From contig OX597838.1 in the NCBI GenBank assembly GCA_951406725.2, positions 42,408,001 to 42,472,000 of the forward strand: DNA of 64,000 bases. Direction: 5' to 3'. The stretch's first letter is position 1. Every line of letters starts with the position of its first letter. Made by a program: the position numbers and the translations under genes. The notes below the pieces were generated by a model. That model was not told where the DNA came from and made no database searches. It saw only the letters and a list, made by a program, of their open reading frames with translations. Below are positions 12,884 through 26,073 of the stretch, in pieces. The stretch is from Octopus vulgaris. Lineage: Eukaryota.

Positions 12884-13039
12884 GAGATCGCCATGTCGCA
12901 CACATATGGTTGTGATGCATGTGCCTGGTGTACCCTTATCAGCCAGGTAGTCATGATGGGTATACTGGACTTTGTATATTTTACCCCAGTGTCACTTTGA
13001 TGGCATGGACTGCTCTCTCACTCAAGAAGAAGAAGAAGA

Positions 13040-13159
13040 GTGATGGTGGTGGCGGTGGTGGTGGTAGTGGTGGTGGTGGTGGTGGCGGCGGTGGTGGTGT
13101 TGGTGGTGGTGGTGGTGGTGGTGGTGGTGGTGGTGGTTTTGGTGGTGGTGGTGGTGTTG

Positions 13160-13192
<33 letters not shown>
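13040..13192. repeat. (GGT)n/(AGT)n microsatellite
   Basis: Seen directly. Confidence 0.95.
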
Positions 13193-14365
13193 AATAAGGG
13201 AAGGATGAGAAAAATGGAGATGATGGATGTGTATGGGTGAGTAGGTTGTAAGAGTGAGCGGGGAGTAAGAGACATACAGTGATGGACAGAGACATGGGTG
13301 AGTTAATAGGAAGTAGTTCAGAGGAGAGGGAGAGCTAACTGTTAGCACAGATAAAGATGATGAAATATGCAATTCTACTCTCATTTAATTATAGCAGCAA
13401 AATACTACAAGCGATAGAAGCATGTCCATGTCTCCCTCTTTACAGAATCAGTAAATGCAAGTATGCGATAACCCATTTGTTCACACTTCTCACCCACATC
13501 CTGATTCTCTCTGATATACTGCTTTACAATGTAGAATATATCATGTCTCTAGTTCCTATGTTGTAGAACATTGGCAAACCTCTTACTTTCTGCTTCTTCC
13601 CTGTCTTAATAAACCTGTTGCCTAGCTTCTCTTCTGACTATCCATTATAATTCTCTGCTGGCTCCATTCGTGCCTCTCCAGTCAACAATAAATCTTTCAT
13701 TTTCAAATATACATATAGGCATAGATTCATCTTTAAATAACACCACAGTAACACAACTTATTTGAAATGCTGAAGATATGAGTCAAGTCCATTTTATTCT
13801 TTCTTCATATAATTATGAGCTGTTTATACATTTATATGTATGTATTCCCTGATACAATAGACATTATATTTTAGCTTAGAAGCCTCATCACCTATGATCA
13901 TTCAGTCCTTTAGGTCTCAAACACAAAATTCACTCGTCAAGCTCAGCTTAAATTGAGCAGAGATCAATACTGTTGAATACTCCAGAGTCTTTAATTTCAT
14001 GGTAGATCAATGAAGCCAACAAAAGAGGCATCAATATCCTTTGTTGTACCCTGTATGCTGTAAGTTATTGATATACCTAATTTAAAATTATCCACATTCA
14101 TTAGTTTGATTTTAGCTATTTTGGTATTATGATTTTTGCTATGTATTAATTCCCAACCATTCCCTATTGGTGAATAAATAAACTAGATTTATATTTCTGC
14201 TAGAATGTTCTATATGTATCAATTTTTTGTCCTTCATCACCACCAGATTGGACTATAAAAACTATTTTTTAGTTTCTTTAGAATATTTAGTTTCTTCATT
14301 CAAAACACAAATGTGTATCTATGTACATGCATATGTAAGTGTGTGTGTGTGTGTGTGTGTGTGTA

Positions 14366-15235
14366 CAGGGTGAGGTGAATAAACTATTGTCTAAATTATG
14401 CAAAAATGAAAATAACACTGACATCTCATTTTAACAGATATATTTATCAAAATTACATGAAAATATTGTGAAATACCAAAGAGTAAATTTAGTCAATAAA
14501 ATCGCCATTGGCTTCAACCATGGCCTCCAGAGGACTTTAGAATCTCCTATAGCTCTTCTGGATGGTCTCCTTGTTTAAGTTGGTGAATGCTGCCATAATC
14601 CTTGCTTTCAGTTCATCTTTTGTGTTACAAGGAGTTTTGTTGGTCTCTCACTCAACTGCACCCCACACATAATAATCAAGGGGTTTGCAGTCTGGGGAGT
14701 TAGGTGGTCAGATGTTAGGGGTAATGTGGTCACAGAAATTGTCTGACAACCATGACTGGGTTCTCTTGCTTAAGTGGCATGGTGTAGAGTCCTGTTGCCA
14801 GACATAGGTTCTTCCAGCAGTCACCCTCACCAGGGCAGCATTACCTCCTCCAGGCACTTGATGTAGGTCTCCATGTTGAGTCTGAGACTGTGTGGGAAGA
14901 TCAATGGTGACATAACGTCACCATCACAAGTGATCACTTGAAACACCATGATGTTGACTGGATGTTTGATTTATATCATTCTCAGTACATGTTCTCAGAT
15001 TGCTCTGTCCTCAGATTGACACCCACACACTCTGAAATGTTCGTATTGGAGCTTCTGGCATGAATGCCAAGCAGTACAGCACATAATTTCCAAATTTCTG
15101 GCAGAGTGAATTGTGTCATGGTGCAGTTTTTGTCACAGACAGTGCCCAACTGACCCTACTACACTGTATAGTCAACAAATGTGCTTGTGTGAAATTAAAA
15201 ATATAAAATGGCTGCAATTTACGCATTGCACCCTG
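14366..15235 (-). mobile_element. Internally deleted maT (DD37D) transposon
   Basis: Termini CAGGGTG...CACCCTG with TA TSD. Minus strand YVWQQDSTPCH...NI*PPNSPDCKPLDYYVWG has 37 residues between the second and third catalytic Asp. Confidence 0.9.
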
Positions 15236-16153
15236 TATGCACCAGACTGACACAAGTCTGAAGGACAAGAGAGTGGGACTGGTTCAGCACAAACCAAGTG
15301 CATTGTAATAATGTTCATCCTGTAAGTTATTCAGCAAACCAAAACACCAACACCAACAGCATCACACTTTCTTAATGAGTCCAGTGGCAATAGGGAAAGA
15401 GGCAATGGGGACAAATAGAAAAGGCTACCGGATGTCTACAGCTTTAACACTGCACCTAGGCAGCGGCCATAGGGTGATGATTGTTTTCCACAAACTGGAG
15501 GCAGACGTGTATTTTGTACCCTCTTAAGATGAAGAACACTGTACGGTTGTGTCTTGCTGAACCATTATCACTCAAAGAGATTCCAACAACAGCAACAACC
15601 ACTATTATCCCACTCATGTAAGAGTTAGACTTTTGTTCCATACAGTCACTAGTGAAAAACATACTCCAAATAGATTAAAAGATTACTCCTTTCCATGCAC
15701 CTCCACTTGAAGTGTATGTATGGCAGTAAAAGATGAGCTGATGTAGAGCATATATGGTAATGAAAAATGAGATAAGGAGGTGTGTATATGGCTATGAAAG
15801 ATGGGTATTTATTGAGATCTATTAGGATTTTTTGGATAATAAACTGAATTTAATCCACATCCTGACCTGAACAGGAGCTCTTTCTTACCCCCACACACTA
15901 TCAGTTGTGATGTACTCTATGATTCAGTTGTCCAACAGCATCCATTTTTATTCAGAGGACATCACTTTCCTCCCATACCCAAGTGTCCCCCACATGAAAC
16001 CTTGACATTTCACACCAGACTGGCTCTGATTTTATGAACATAGACTACAAACACACCCTCTGATGGGCTCAACCCAATAATTTTTCTTTCAACACAGCAA
16101 GAACCACATCTTTTCAGTGACAGCATATACAACCCTTTCAACATTTGCTGATC

Positions 16154-16172
16154 CTCTACAAAATTTAAGTGT

Positions 16173-16245
<73 letters not shown>

Positions 16246-16312
16246 CATGCACGCATACATGCACACACACATTCATTCATTCATTCATTCATTCATTCAT
16301 TCATTCATTCAT
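16154..16312. repeat. (CA)n followed by (ATTC)n
   Basis: Seen directly. Confidence 0.95.
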
Positions 16313-16604
16313 TTATTCTAAACCATATGAACAGAAAAACCACATCATTGACTCCCAGACATGTTTCAGCCTCTGGCACATAGATGTACTGTTTCATTTC
16401 CTTGCCTGCCTTTTTTGCTGCAACTACACTTGTTTCTGCTCCTGAGATCTGGACTAGTGTGTTATGCTTCTTTCACTCAATCACTTTTGACTCATTTGTT
16501 TCTCCTCTTCTCATCACCCATCGCAAACAAAAAGAAAAGAAATAGGGCAACATGGGAAAATAGAAGCTAAAACAGATTAGTCTTATATTATAGTAATGTA
16601 AAAG

Positions 16605-16817
16605 CAGCAAGCTGGCAGAATCATTACCATGGCAAGCAAAATGCTTAGAGATATTTTGTCCATCTTCAGGTTTTGAGTTCAAATTCTGCTGAGGTGAACT
16701 TTGTCTTTCATCCTTTTGGGGTCGATAAAATAAGTACTAGTTGATCACTGGGGTTGATGTAATCAACTTGAACCCCTCTCCCAAAATTGCTGGCCTTGTG
16801 CCAAAATCTGAAACCAT
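16605..16817 (+). mobile_element. tRNA-derived SINE family B (Nin/Deu-like central domain)
   Basis: Head ...GCTGGCAGAA, B-box GAGTTCAAATTC, central CTTTCATCCTTTTGGGGTCGATAAAATAAGTAC. Multiple copies in the window. Confidence 0.75.
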
Positions 16818-17887
16818 ATTATAGTTATGTATGCAAATCCAAGAACGTTGCTTTTTGAATTCACACATCAATAAATGTTTTATCTTCTGAAATAAGTTAA
16901 CGAAAGAAGCGAAAGAGAAAAGGAAGGAGAATGAATGAGTGAGGGTATGGTATGTATACATACATAACCTCATGTATAGATGTATGTACACATACGTCAT
17001 ACAAATTCCCTGCATATTTCCGTACAGTGAAATGTTAAATTGTTAATACACATTTTATTTTTATAGAAGTTTTTGTTATTTTATTTTTGTCACTTTTGTT
17101 TTGTTTTTTAGTATTATTTGACATTCCAAACATTTATAATTTGGCTTTTGCCTGGTATTCTACAGCTGAATTCTTGAAGTTTGTTTTTTGATTTATAGAC
17201 CTGTTTTTTTTTTTGTGCCAAAACATAAACTACATTTTTTTTAATGTCCTTTTTGTAAATTACATGAATTGAAATAGTTTTAGAAATTGAAGCATTGGCA
17301 TAAATTGTTTGACTAGATATTTGGCACTGCACTGACCTGCATGTAATTCTTCAAGCAGTTTCTTAATAGTATATTTGATTCCTGAAACACAGCACATCTA
17401 CATTCTTCTCCCTATTCTGAAATCAGTTACTGATGGAATTGACTTTTCTTTTAACCTACTTCAGAAAAAGCTAATAAGATATATCCTAGTTGTTGGCTGA
17501 GATCCTTGAAATGGTCAGCTCACTTTTTTTATTTTGGCCAGTGGCTATGACAAAAAATGCTGTTTGGTGGTCATATTTCAAAAGGTTTGGGCATAATTTT
17601 AGCTCACTGTTCAATCCTCATCAACTTCAAGTTCAACATGCAGCAGAAAGTGAAAAGTAAAAGAGGAAGATGCCATTTGTTGTTTATCAAATTCTATCAA
17701 ATGTTGGTACAAGTGGTGCCTATAAGTGGGCTGTTATTTGAATTCTGCTGGAAGAGTAAGAGAAGCTGTGTACACTGTAGTCCTGAATGAAAAATGAAGA
17801 CTACAGAGATGTATGTGATATGCAAGACAAATGATAAGAAATAACTTTAGTGGTGAGAGCAGTAGAGGCAGCCAATCTCAGTGAGTG

Positions 17888-18275
17888 GTTGTGTTTGTTG
17901 TTAATGTTGGCAACTGGTAATGTGCACTTGGTAATATCAGTCACTAGTAGTGTTCATTGGTAATTGCCAGTAACCAGGAATATAATGCTAATATTAGTAA
18001 CAGATAGTGTGCACTGCTAATGTCAACAACTGGTAGTGTTTATTGCTAATTGCCAGTAACTAGGAGTGTGTTGGTAATATTAGTAACTAGTAGTGTGTGT
18101 TGATAATGTCAGTACCTGATAGGAGCTACTAGTGTATGGGTTGGTAATACCAGCAACTTGTACTGTACACATGTGTGATTGTGTTTGCTGATGTCAGCAA
18201 CTAAAAGTATATTGCTAGTGTTAGTAACTAGTAATATTTGTTGCTAATGCCAGCAACTGGTAGTCTTTGTTGTTA
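17888..18275. repeat. Degenerate minisatellite, about 28-30 bp unit
   Basis: Recurring TTG(C/G)TAATGTCAG(C/T)AACT(A/G)GTAGTGT-like units, roughly a dozen copies. Confidence 0.75.
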
Positions 18276-18965
18276 TCACCTGTTGGCATAATATCCCTAA
18301 TACTTTTTATATTATACATTTCCAATGAATCTAAAGCAGCTAAACAAATAAATCCTATGGAAACAATCCTCTCTTAATTGAGGGTGGTTGGGTGGGTTGA
18401 GGGTTAAAATCTACTTCCATTGCCTACCACCCTGTGGTTAAACTACATCCATTTGGTCATTTTTTTCCCCCAGTCATCTGATTCTAGTTATTGCCTAATA
18501 TCCTGATGTGAAAAGCAATAAATCTGTCAGACTGTATCGTACCAAATTCACTATTTCTTTAGTATGGCATTTGACATTTCAAGTAAATTAGAACAATAAT
18601 AATGTGGGCTTCTTGCTTTGAGGAGATTTTTTCGTGTGATATGTTTGTTAGCCTCAAAAATTTAGAAATTTTTTGTTCTTTAACCATTAAACCCAATGAA
18701 TTATTTCTGATGAGCAATCTATGATAGAAGCTTACAACTTGTATTAGTTTGACAGTCATGGTATCTTGTATGCAAGTAACAGGCCACAATAAGATTTGTT
18801 GTTTTCTTTTTTCAATGCTAAACACACTGGTTTCTCTTTAGTATTGACTTAAAGTGAAAGGCAAAATACTCAGATTTCCAGTATAATGTGAAAACATTTT
18901 CACCTGAAAAATTTATTGCGGTTCAGCTAATAAAATGATTAAAAAGCCATGACTATAATATTTCA

Positions 18966-19022
<57 letters not shown>

Positions 19023-19080
19023 CTGGACAGTACAACTGAATGTTTATTTCATTACAACTAAATCAGTTATATCTATATCC

Positions 19081-19147
<67 letters not shown>

Positions 19148-19260
19148 TTAAATAAAATGAGACAACAAACCCAAGGCAGTGTGAAATTTCTTGCACTTAC
19201 ATAGCTTTATCTGCCTTTTAGATCTTCTGGATATCAAAACCTCTTTCATATATATATATA

Positions 19261-19302
<42 letters not shown>

Positions 19303-19304
<2 letters not shown>

Positions 19305-19688
19305 GAGGAGTGGCTGTGTGGTAAGAATCTTGCTTGCCAACTACACAGTTCTGGACTCAATCTCATGGCATGGCACCTTGGGAAAGTATCTTCTACTATA
19401 TCCTTGAACCAACCAAAGCCTTGTAAGTGGATTTGGTAAGCAGAAATCGAAAGAAGCCTGTTGCACATGTGTGTGTGTGTGTGAGTCTTTATGTTTGTGT
19501 TTGTCCCCCACTATCATTTGAAAACTGATGTTGGTGTGTTTACAACCCCATAACTTAGCAGTTCAGCAAAAGAGACCAATAGAATAAGTACCAGGCTTAA
19601 AAAAGTACCGGGGTTGAATTGTTCGATTACAATTCTTTGAAGCATTCCCCAGCATTGCCGTCAATCTGATGACTGAAACAAATAAAAG
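19303..19688 (+). mobile_element. SINE family A, tail type 1
   Basis: Full head-CORE-(TG)n-tail structure. Confidence 0.85.
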
Positions 19689-19723
19689 GTATATATGTTT
19701 ACATCTACATATGTATATGTAGT

Positions 19724-19989
19724 GAAGGTGTGTGGCCTAGTGGTTAAGCTGTTGCACTCCCAATCACTAGATCATGGGGTCAACTCCCTGACTGGGTGCA
19801 TGTTGTGTTCTTGAGCAAAGCACTTCATTTCACATTGCTTCAGTCCCCCTTCGATCAGGGAGGATTGTTGACCTGCTAGCCTAGCCAGCAGGGTGGCATC
19901 ATTTGAAGGCTAAAACAATGCAAAAGCACATTGTGACCAGCAATGTGTAACAGCATCTGATAGCCTGGTCAGTCACATGATCATGTGAT
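19724..19989 (+). mobile_element. tRNA-derived SINE family C
   Basis: A-box TGGCCTAGTGG and CORE-like GTTCTTGAGCAAAGCACTTCATTTCAC. Related fragments at about 32600-32830(-), 58240-58365(+) and 60080-60250(+). Confidence 0.65.
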
Positions 19990-20029
19990 TTGTATATGTA
20001 TGTGTGTGTGTATACATATATATATATAT

Positions 20030-20557
20030 CATCATCATCGTTTAACGTCCATTTTCCATGCTGTCATGGGTTGGACAGTTTGACAGAGGACTGGCAAGCC
20101 AGTAGGCTACACCAGGTTCCAGTCTGATCTGGCAAGGTTTCTACAGTTGGATGTCCTTTCTAATGCCAACCACTCTGAGAGTGTAGTGGATGCTTTTTAC
20201 ATGCCACCGGCACAGGAGCCAGTCGTGGGTCACTGGCATCAACCATGCTTGGATGGTGCTTTTTATGTGCCCCTAACACAGGAGCCAGTTGGGGGTACTG
20301 GTATCAACCATGTTCAGATGGTGCTTTTTATGTGCCACCAGCGCAGGGTGTCAGTCAGGCGGAATGGGCATCAGCCACAACTAGGATTTTGATTTTGATT
20401 TTACTTGACTCAATAGGTCTTCTCAAGTGCAGTTTATCACCTGACAATTTAAGAGTACTTTTAAATGGGCTGGTTATGCAACACTGGTTATAGCCACAGC
20501 TGTGATATCATTTTACTTGCTAGGTCTTCTCAATCACAGCCTATCTCCAAAGGTCTC
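20030..20557 (-). mobile_element. RTE LINE 3' UTR fragment with about 60-bp subrepeats
   Basis: (CAT)n tail, CCATGCTGTCATGGGTTGGAC, and repeated GATGGTGCTTTTTATGTGCC units as in 34800-35000. Confidence 0.75.
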
Positions 20558-21740
20558 CATTTATATACATATACATACACACACACCCACAATGTCAGAA
20601 ACAATTGTTATTGTTATTTATATCTGAGGCACAAGGCATGAAATTGGAGAAAAAGTGGGTAGTTAATATATCAAATCAACCCCAGTATGTGATGTAACTG
20701 ACACTTTCTTTAACTGACAGTGTAAGGACAAAAGGTATTCTGGTTTGGTTTGTCCAGAGTGTCTAATGAAATACTTATCTTGGGATAATCCTTTATCCAT
20801 CAATTACTACTGTAATCTGTTTGGATCAATAAATGTTTTCCCATGGGTTTATTTATAATCAATTACCATGAAACTTACTTTTAAGACTGAAAACAACCCT
20901 GTCAAGTGGTTATTGCACTTTTTGATGACACCAAAACTTGGCTGTAAACTGCCAATTAGATCCAAGAAAAAAAAATACATATATGCACAAAGAAAGCATT
21001 CATGTAATTGTGGTAATGTATGCAACACAGATGGCAGACATGCTTTTCAAGTAGAGTGAACAATAGGAAAATTATTCCTTACAACATTGTCAACAATCTT
21101 CAACATAAGTGCCTTTTATCAGCAGGGGTTAGCAAACATCATTGAACTGTTAAATTTGTTTAATGCAAACCTATTTCCCTTGAATGATAAAACATTAATA
21201 CTTCCACAAAATGCAAAGCAGTCATGATGTTTCTTACCTACCCTCTTTTAATGGTGATGTGCTTCCAGTGCTATACAGGAGTAGATTTGACACCTGCTTC
21301 ACATCAAGAAAACAGAGTCATGTCATAACCCCCTATGAATCTCTGATAAGAGGTCAGTGCCCTTTTAGGAAGGGCTTAGATGAAACATTGAAATATTCCT
21401 ACGTACAAATACAATCATATTTGTCTGCTATATTATAAAAATATTCTGAACAAAGCAATAACTTATATGTAATTACAGACAGGTACTGGTGACAAATTTC
21501 ATTAACAGACACACCCACAGCAAAAAAAAGGGTGGGTTTGATTATTTCTAGTGTTTAAATACAATCATGCAAAATGTGGTTATTAAGAAAAATATTAAGG
21601 GTTACCTAACAAAAATATTGATTGGGCAAGAAAGAAAGAGAAACAAATCTAATCATTTTTTTTTTCTTTCTTTTGTTTCATCGGTGGAATTATATCCTTC
21701 ACTGTTACTTACTAATGCTGTAAGGAATTAGCTTAATATA

Positions 21741-22800
21741 TTGGGTCACCTAAATAATGTGTTTTTTTTTAACTGCATGAACTAAAAGTCAGATAGTGAT
21801 GGGATAAATTGCCTGCAACAAATTGCTGTAAAAGCAGGTAGTAATTTTACCTTGTCCTTATTCTTAATGCAAGTTTTGATGAATGCAGTTTGATTTTAAC
21901 AGTTATTTTTTCAAAGCTACAGTGGAAATGACAAAGGAGCATATTTGGCATATTTTGTTTTATGAGTTCAATAAAAGCAACAACACAATGGAAAATGCAA
22001 GGAATATTTAATGCAGTATATGGAGATCGGACAATATGTGTAAGCTAGTGTCAATGGTGATTCCAGGAATTCCAAGCTGGAAACTACAGCCTAGAAGATG
22101 AGCCTCATCTTGGAAGATCTGTAAAGCATGACGAGGGCATCCTACAAACCCTGGTGGAGCAAAATCCCATCGTAATTGTTGAGGAACTAACAGAGAAGCT
22201 TGGATTTGATCATTCAACCATTCATCAACACCTGCATGCCATCAGAAAAGTCAGCAAATTGGGTCAGTGGGTTCCTCACAAACTTTCTGAGTCTAATTGC
22301 ATGCAGAGTGAATATGTGCTCTTCTTTGCTGTTGCATCTCACAAATGAACCTTTTTGGCACTGAATAGTGACTGGTGACAAGAAATAGGTTCTCTATAAA
22401 AATGTCAAGCACTGAAGACAATGAGTAGGGAAAAAAGAAACACCAGCACCCCAGGCTAAAGAAGGTCTTCACCCATGTAAGGTGTTGTTATCTATGTGGT
22501 GGGGTTTAAAAGGTTTAGTCCACTTTGAAATTTTTAACCCAAACCAAACAATAACAAAGGAGATCTAGTGTGGGGAGCTTGAGTGGCTTAAGTCAGCACT
22601 AGAAGAAAAATGACCATCTTTGGTTTCAAGACAAAAGGTGTTCTTCCATCAGGATAATGCTTGACCACATACAGGGAGGATGACATTCCAAACACTGGAG
22701 TAGTTTTGATTGGGAAACAATGCTCTACCCACCATATTCGCCGGACATTGCCCCATCTGGTTATCATTTATTCTGCAGTCACGGAAAAATATGAATTCTG
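21741..22800 (+). mobile_element. Mariner (DD34D) transposase pseudogene, 3' end lost
   Basis: TA then TTGGGTCACC putative TIR. Motifs HILFYEFNK, YSLEDEPHLGR, LGQWVPHKLS, IVTGDKK, FFHQDNA*PH and PPYSPDIAPSGYHLF, with stops and frameshifts. Confidence 0.9.
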
Positions 22801-22811
22801 ATGATGATGAT

Positions 22812-23029
22812 CCTTTCTACAAAAGGTAAAAGGCCTGAAATTTGGGGGAGGGGGATAGTCAATTACATCGACCCCAGTGTTTCACTGGTACTTATTTTAT
22901 TGACCCCCAAAAGGGAGAAAGGTAAAGTTGACCTCAGCGGAATTTGAACTCAGAATGTAGTGACAGACGAAATACCACTAAGCATGCTAGCAATTTCGTG
23001 CTAACAATTTCGCCAGCTCACCACCTTTC

Positions 23030-23030
<1 letters not shown>
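22812..23030 (-). mobile_element. SINE family B
   Basis: Reverse complement matches 16605-16817; adjacent (AAT)n. Confidence 0.75.
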
Positions 23031-23085
<55 letters not shown>

Positions 23086-23149
23086 CAACAACAACAACAT
23101 ACTTTATTAACTAATATATAAGTGCCTGTCATTTTTGACTAATGGATTT

Positions 23150-23336
23150 TTAGTGCTGGTGGCATGACAAAAAAGCAACCAATACACTCTGTAAAGTGGA
23201 TGGTATTAAGAAAGGCAACTAGCCGTAAAAAAAAAAGGAAAAAAACCATGCTGAAGCTGACATTGGAGCTCAACATTGCCCCAGTTCCTGTCAAACTATC
23301 CAACCCGCGGTAGCTTGGAAAACAAACGTTTAGTGG

Positions 23337-23367
<31 letters not shown>
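23150..23367 (+). mobile_element. Old RTE-related 3' end with (GAT)n tail
   Basis: Matches the RTE 3' terminal motifs. Confidence 0.6.
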
Positions 23368-23379
<12 letters not shown>

Positions 23380-23630
23380 AAATATTGTCTTGAGTCAGCA
23401 TGTCAACACTTTAGTTATATATCTCAGTTAGGTTTCAACTAACAACATTAAAGAGTTCAGGGTATGGTTTATTTTAGAAGTACTGTTTCATGGCTTTTTC
23501 TTTCTTTCTTTTTCTTTTCATACCCACTTCTACTAATTACAAACTTATGTAGTATTTCATTCCTGACCACTGTTTAATTCTGGGTGTTCTGTTCTGTTAC
23601 AATAACAGCTTAACCTTTTTGTATTTTTAG

Positions 23631-23759
23631 ATCCAACTTTAGTGAATGAAACTGACTGTTTGGGCAGGACTCCATTGATGTATGCTATTCACTATAATCA
23701 GCTGGAAGCTTTGAAATGCCTTCTAGAAAAAAATGCTGATGTCAATATATCAGCTCATG
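23631..23759 (+). CDS. Internal exon of an ankyrin-repeat protein (inversin/ANKRD55-like region)
   Basis: Acceptor ttaacctttttgtatttttag and donor G|gtaagt; 129 bp, phase 1-1. Encodes xPTLVNETDCLGRTPLMYAIHYNQLEALKCLLEKNADVNISAH, a canonical ankyrin repeat (D..G.TPL..A.....E.LK.LL...ADVN). Confidence 0.9.
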
Positions 23760-24325
23760 GTAAGTCAATTATTATTATTATTTTTTTATTGACCATAGGT
23801 GATCAGGTACATCACAAAACCCACATGTGCATGCACCCTTAAGCTCATGCTTACACACTTTACACTAAGTACTATGGATGACTAATATCAAAGAATATTT
23901 TTTTACTCTCCCTTTTCCTTAATCAATGGTAATTTAGTCAATGAACTTCTTTTATATTGACTATTTCATTATTTTATCATTGGTTGCTCAGTGCAGACTT
24001 TGGGGCTGGAAAAATTCAATTGTTGACCTAGTAGGAAAAAATGCAACATTTTTTAATGCTTAAATGCTTATTTTACTACTACATGTAGTTTATATGAGAT
24101 TGCTTTAAATACTGTCTTTCTATTGTCAAGATAAGGAGTGAAACAAATTATAAATGGTATTTTTTATAATAGCAATGGTTTTGAGGGAACAAGGTATTTT
24201 ATGTCAACTGTATTTGTGCCATAAGGAATTCCTTATGATGTATGTATACAACAAAGTAATTCATTGCCTTTGGCTCCAAATCTTATCCACTGCAGTCAAG
24301 CAAGGACATCTTATTTTATTATTTA

Positions 24326-25237
24326 CAAGCAGTATCGCCCGGCATTGCTCGGGTTTGTAAGGGAAATAACTATATAAGCATTTTTAGTGAGTTATAGCAA
24401 AAAAATAGCAAAAAATGCATTAAAAATGGAATAAAAAATGATTGTAATTTTTTTTTAAATCGTTGACTCATCGTAGACATTTTTAGAGAGTTACTTCCCT
24501 TATATAATAGCGAAAAATGCATTAAAATGGAATAAAAAATTATGGTAAATTTTTTTTAAAATCGTAGACTCATTGTAGATGTGCGCTACTACCCAGAAGG
24601 GCTCAATATGAATCACGACTATAAGATACCCGGTTTTGGTTACACTCACCGCAAAATGTGGGAGTAGTTAGGAATCTAAATCGTAGGAGACAGACACACA
24701 ACCTTACTTTTATATATAAAGATTTGTGCAACAACTAAAACATTCGGTTGTGCAAATTGTTTGCACAGGAAACCTGCCCTGTGTGGCGGTAATTGCTGTT
24801 TTTGTGGATCTGTTTCAGCTTTTTTAGCGATTTCTGTTTTGGCGACTTCAAGCCATGAAGTCGTTGTTCTAAAAGAACGCTGGTCTCCTTGACAATGCAT
24901 TACGACGTTGATTTCCTTACACTCCCTTCCCCACAGCTTCACGAGGGAGGGAAGAAGGGGAGAAGCAACACAGGTGCAGGTGTGAGCGTGGACGCCAACT
25001 CCGCCGCCATCGACACACGAAAAAATATGCATTAAAATGGAATAAAAAATGATGTTAAATTATTTTTAAAATCGTAGACTCATCGTAGACGCGCGCTAAT
25101 ACTCAGACGGGCTCGATATGAATCACGACTATAAGATACCCGAATTTGGTTAAACTGCACTGCAAAATGTGGGAGTAGTTAGGAATCTAAATCGAAGGGG
25201 ACAGACACTCACACAACTACAGTTTTATATATATAGA
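24326..25237 (-). mobile_element. Composite non-autonomous Helitron with two 5' ends (24722 and 25237) and one 3' end
   Basis: Minus strand has A|TC(T)TATATATAAAA starts at 25237 and 24722, a 3' hairpin CCCGAGCAATGCCGGG, then CTTG|T at 24326. The inner unit matches 60398-60792. Confidence 0.85.
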
Positions 25238-25489
25238 TTTCAGTCAAGTACAGCAATTGTCTATAGCTATTCCAGAAAGGTAAAGTCAATAAAATCAATT
25301 CTACAAATCCAATGTTTGTAGGGTAAACATCTGCAGGAAAAGAGTTTTTGAGAGTTGCAATTTTGGAGACAGAGAAAAGGAAGGATTGCTCCATATGTTT
25401 AATACAGAGGGGAAATGTAGAGGATTGCACCAAGTGAATATGGGTGGTGGTGGTGGTATATATGCCACTACCTTAGGTGTCTTTATCAG

Positions 25490-25615
25490 AGTTCATTCTA
25501 TTCAAACCAGGTATTTCCACATGGCCAGGCATGTTTTTCATAGAAAAACTGGAAACAAACAATATCAATTGTGTGATGGTAATACTTACAATCATCACAT
25601 GATGTCGCAATAAGG

Positions 25616-25653
<38 letters not shown>

Positions 25654-25803
25654 GGATTTCTTTCAGTTTCTGTCTACCAAATCCACTCACAAGGCTTTGG
25701 TCAGCCCAGGACTATAATAGAAGACACTTGCCCAATATGCTGCAGAGTGGGACTGAACTTAGGTCAACATGGTTGGAAAGCAAGCTTCTTAACCTCACTG
25801 CCA
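25490..25803 (-). mobile_element. SINE family A, tail type 2 (partial)
   Basis: Family A head plus (CA)n plus the alternative 3' region shared with 42137-42690 and 56539-56990. Confidence 0.7.
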
Positions 25804-26073
25804 AATATACTCTATTATATCTTTAACAATTACATTTCTAAATTTTACTCTCATATTAGAAACCAAAATTGCTGAACCTTTTTATTCAATTCAGTTTTCT
25901 TCTTTTAACCTAATAAGATGTAACTTAATAACTTAGGCAATATATAAGACACTTTAGTGCTTATGATAGAAGTTTATGGCTAAAACAACTTCAGAGTACT
26001 ACTTAGCTTATTAATTTTGAATTTTTATCAGTTTTAACTCTTGAAGACAAGATATAAAAAAAAATGATCATAT

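Noticed and set aside
12919-13384. Poly-Gly/Pro/His/Thr ORFs (also 27572-27995 and 34428-34652)
   Set aside because: Trinucleotide microsatellites with no splice or domain support.
23760-23842. C-terminal part of the 66-aa ankyrin ORF
   Set aside because: Lies beyond a strong gtaagt donor, so it is intronic read-through.
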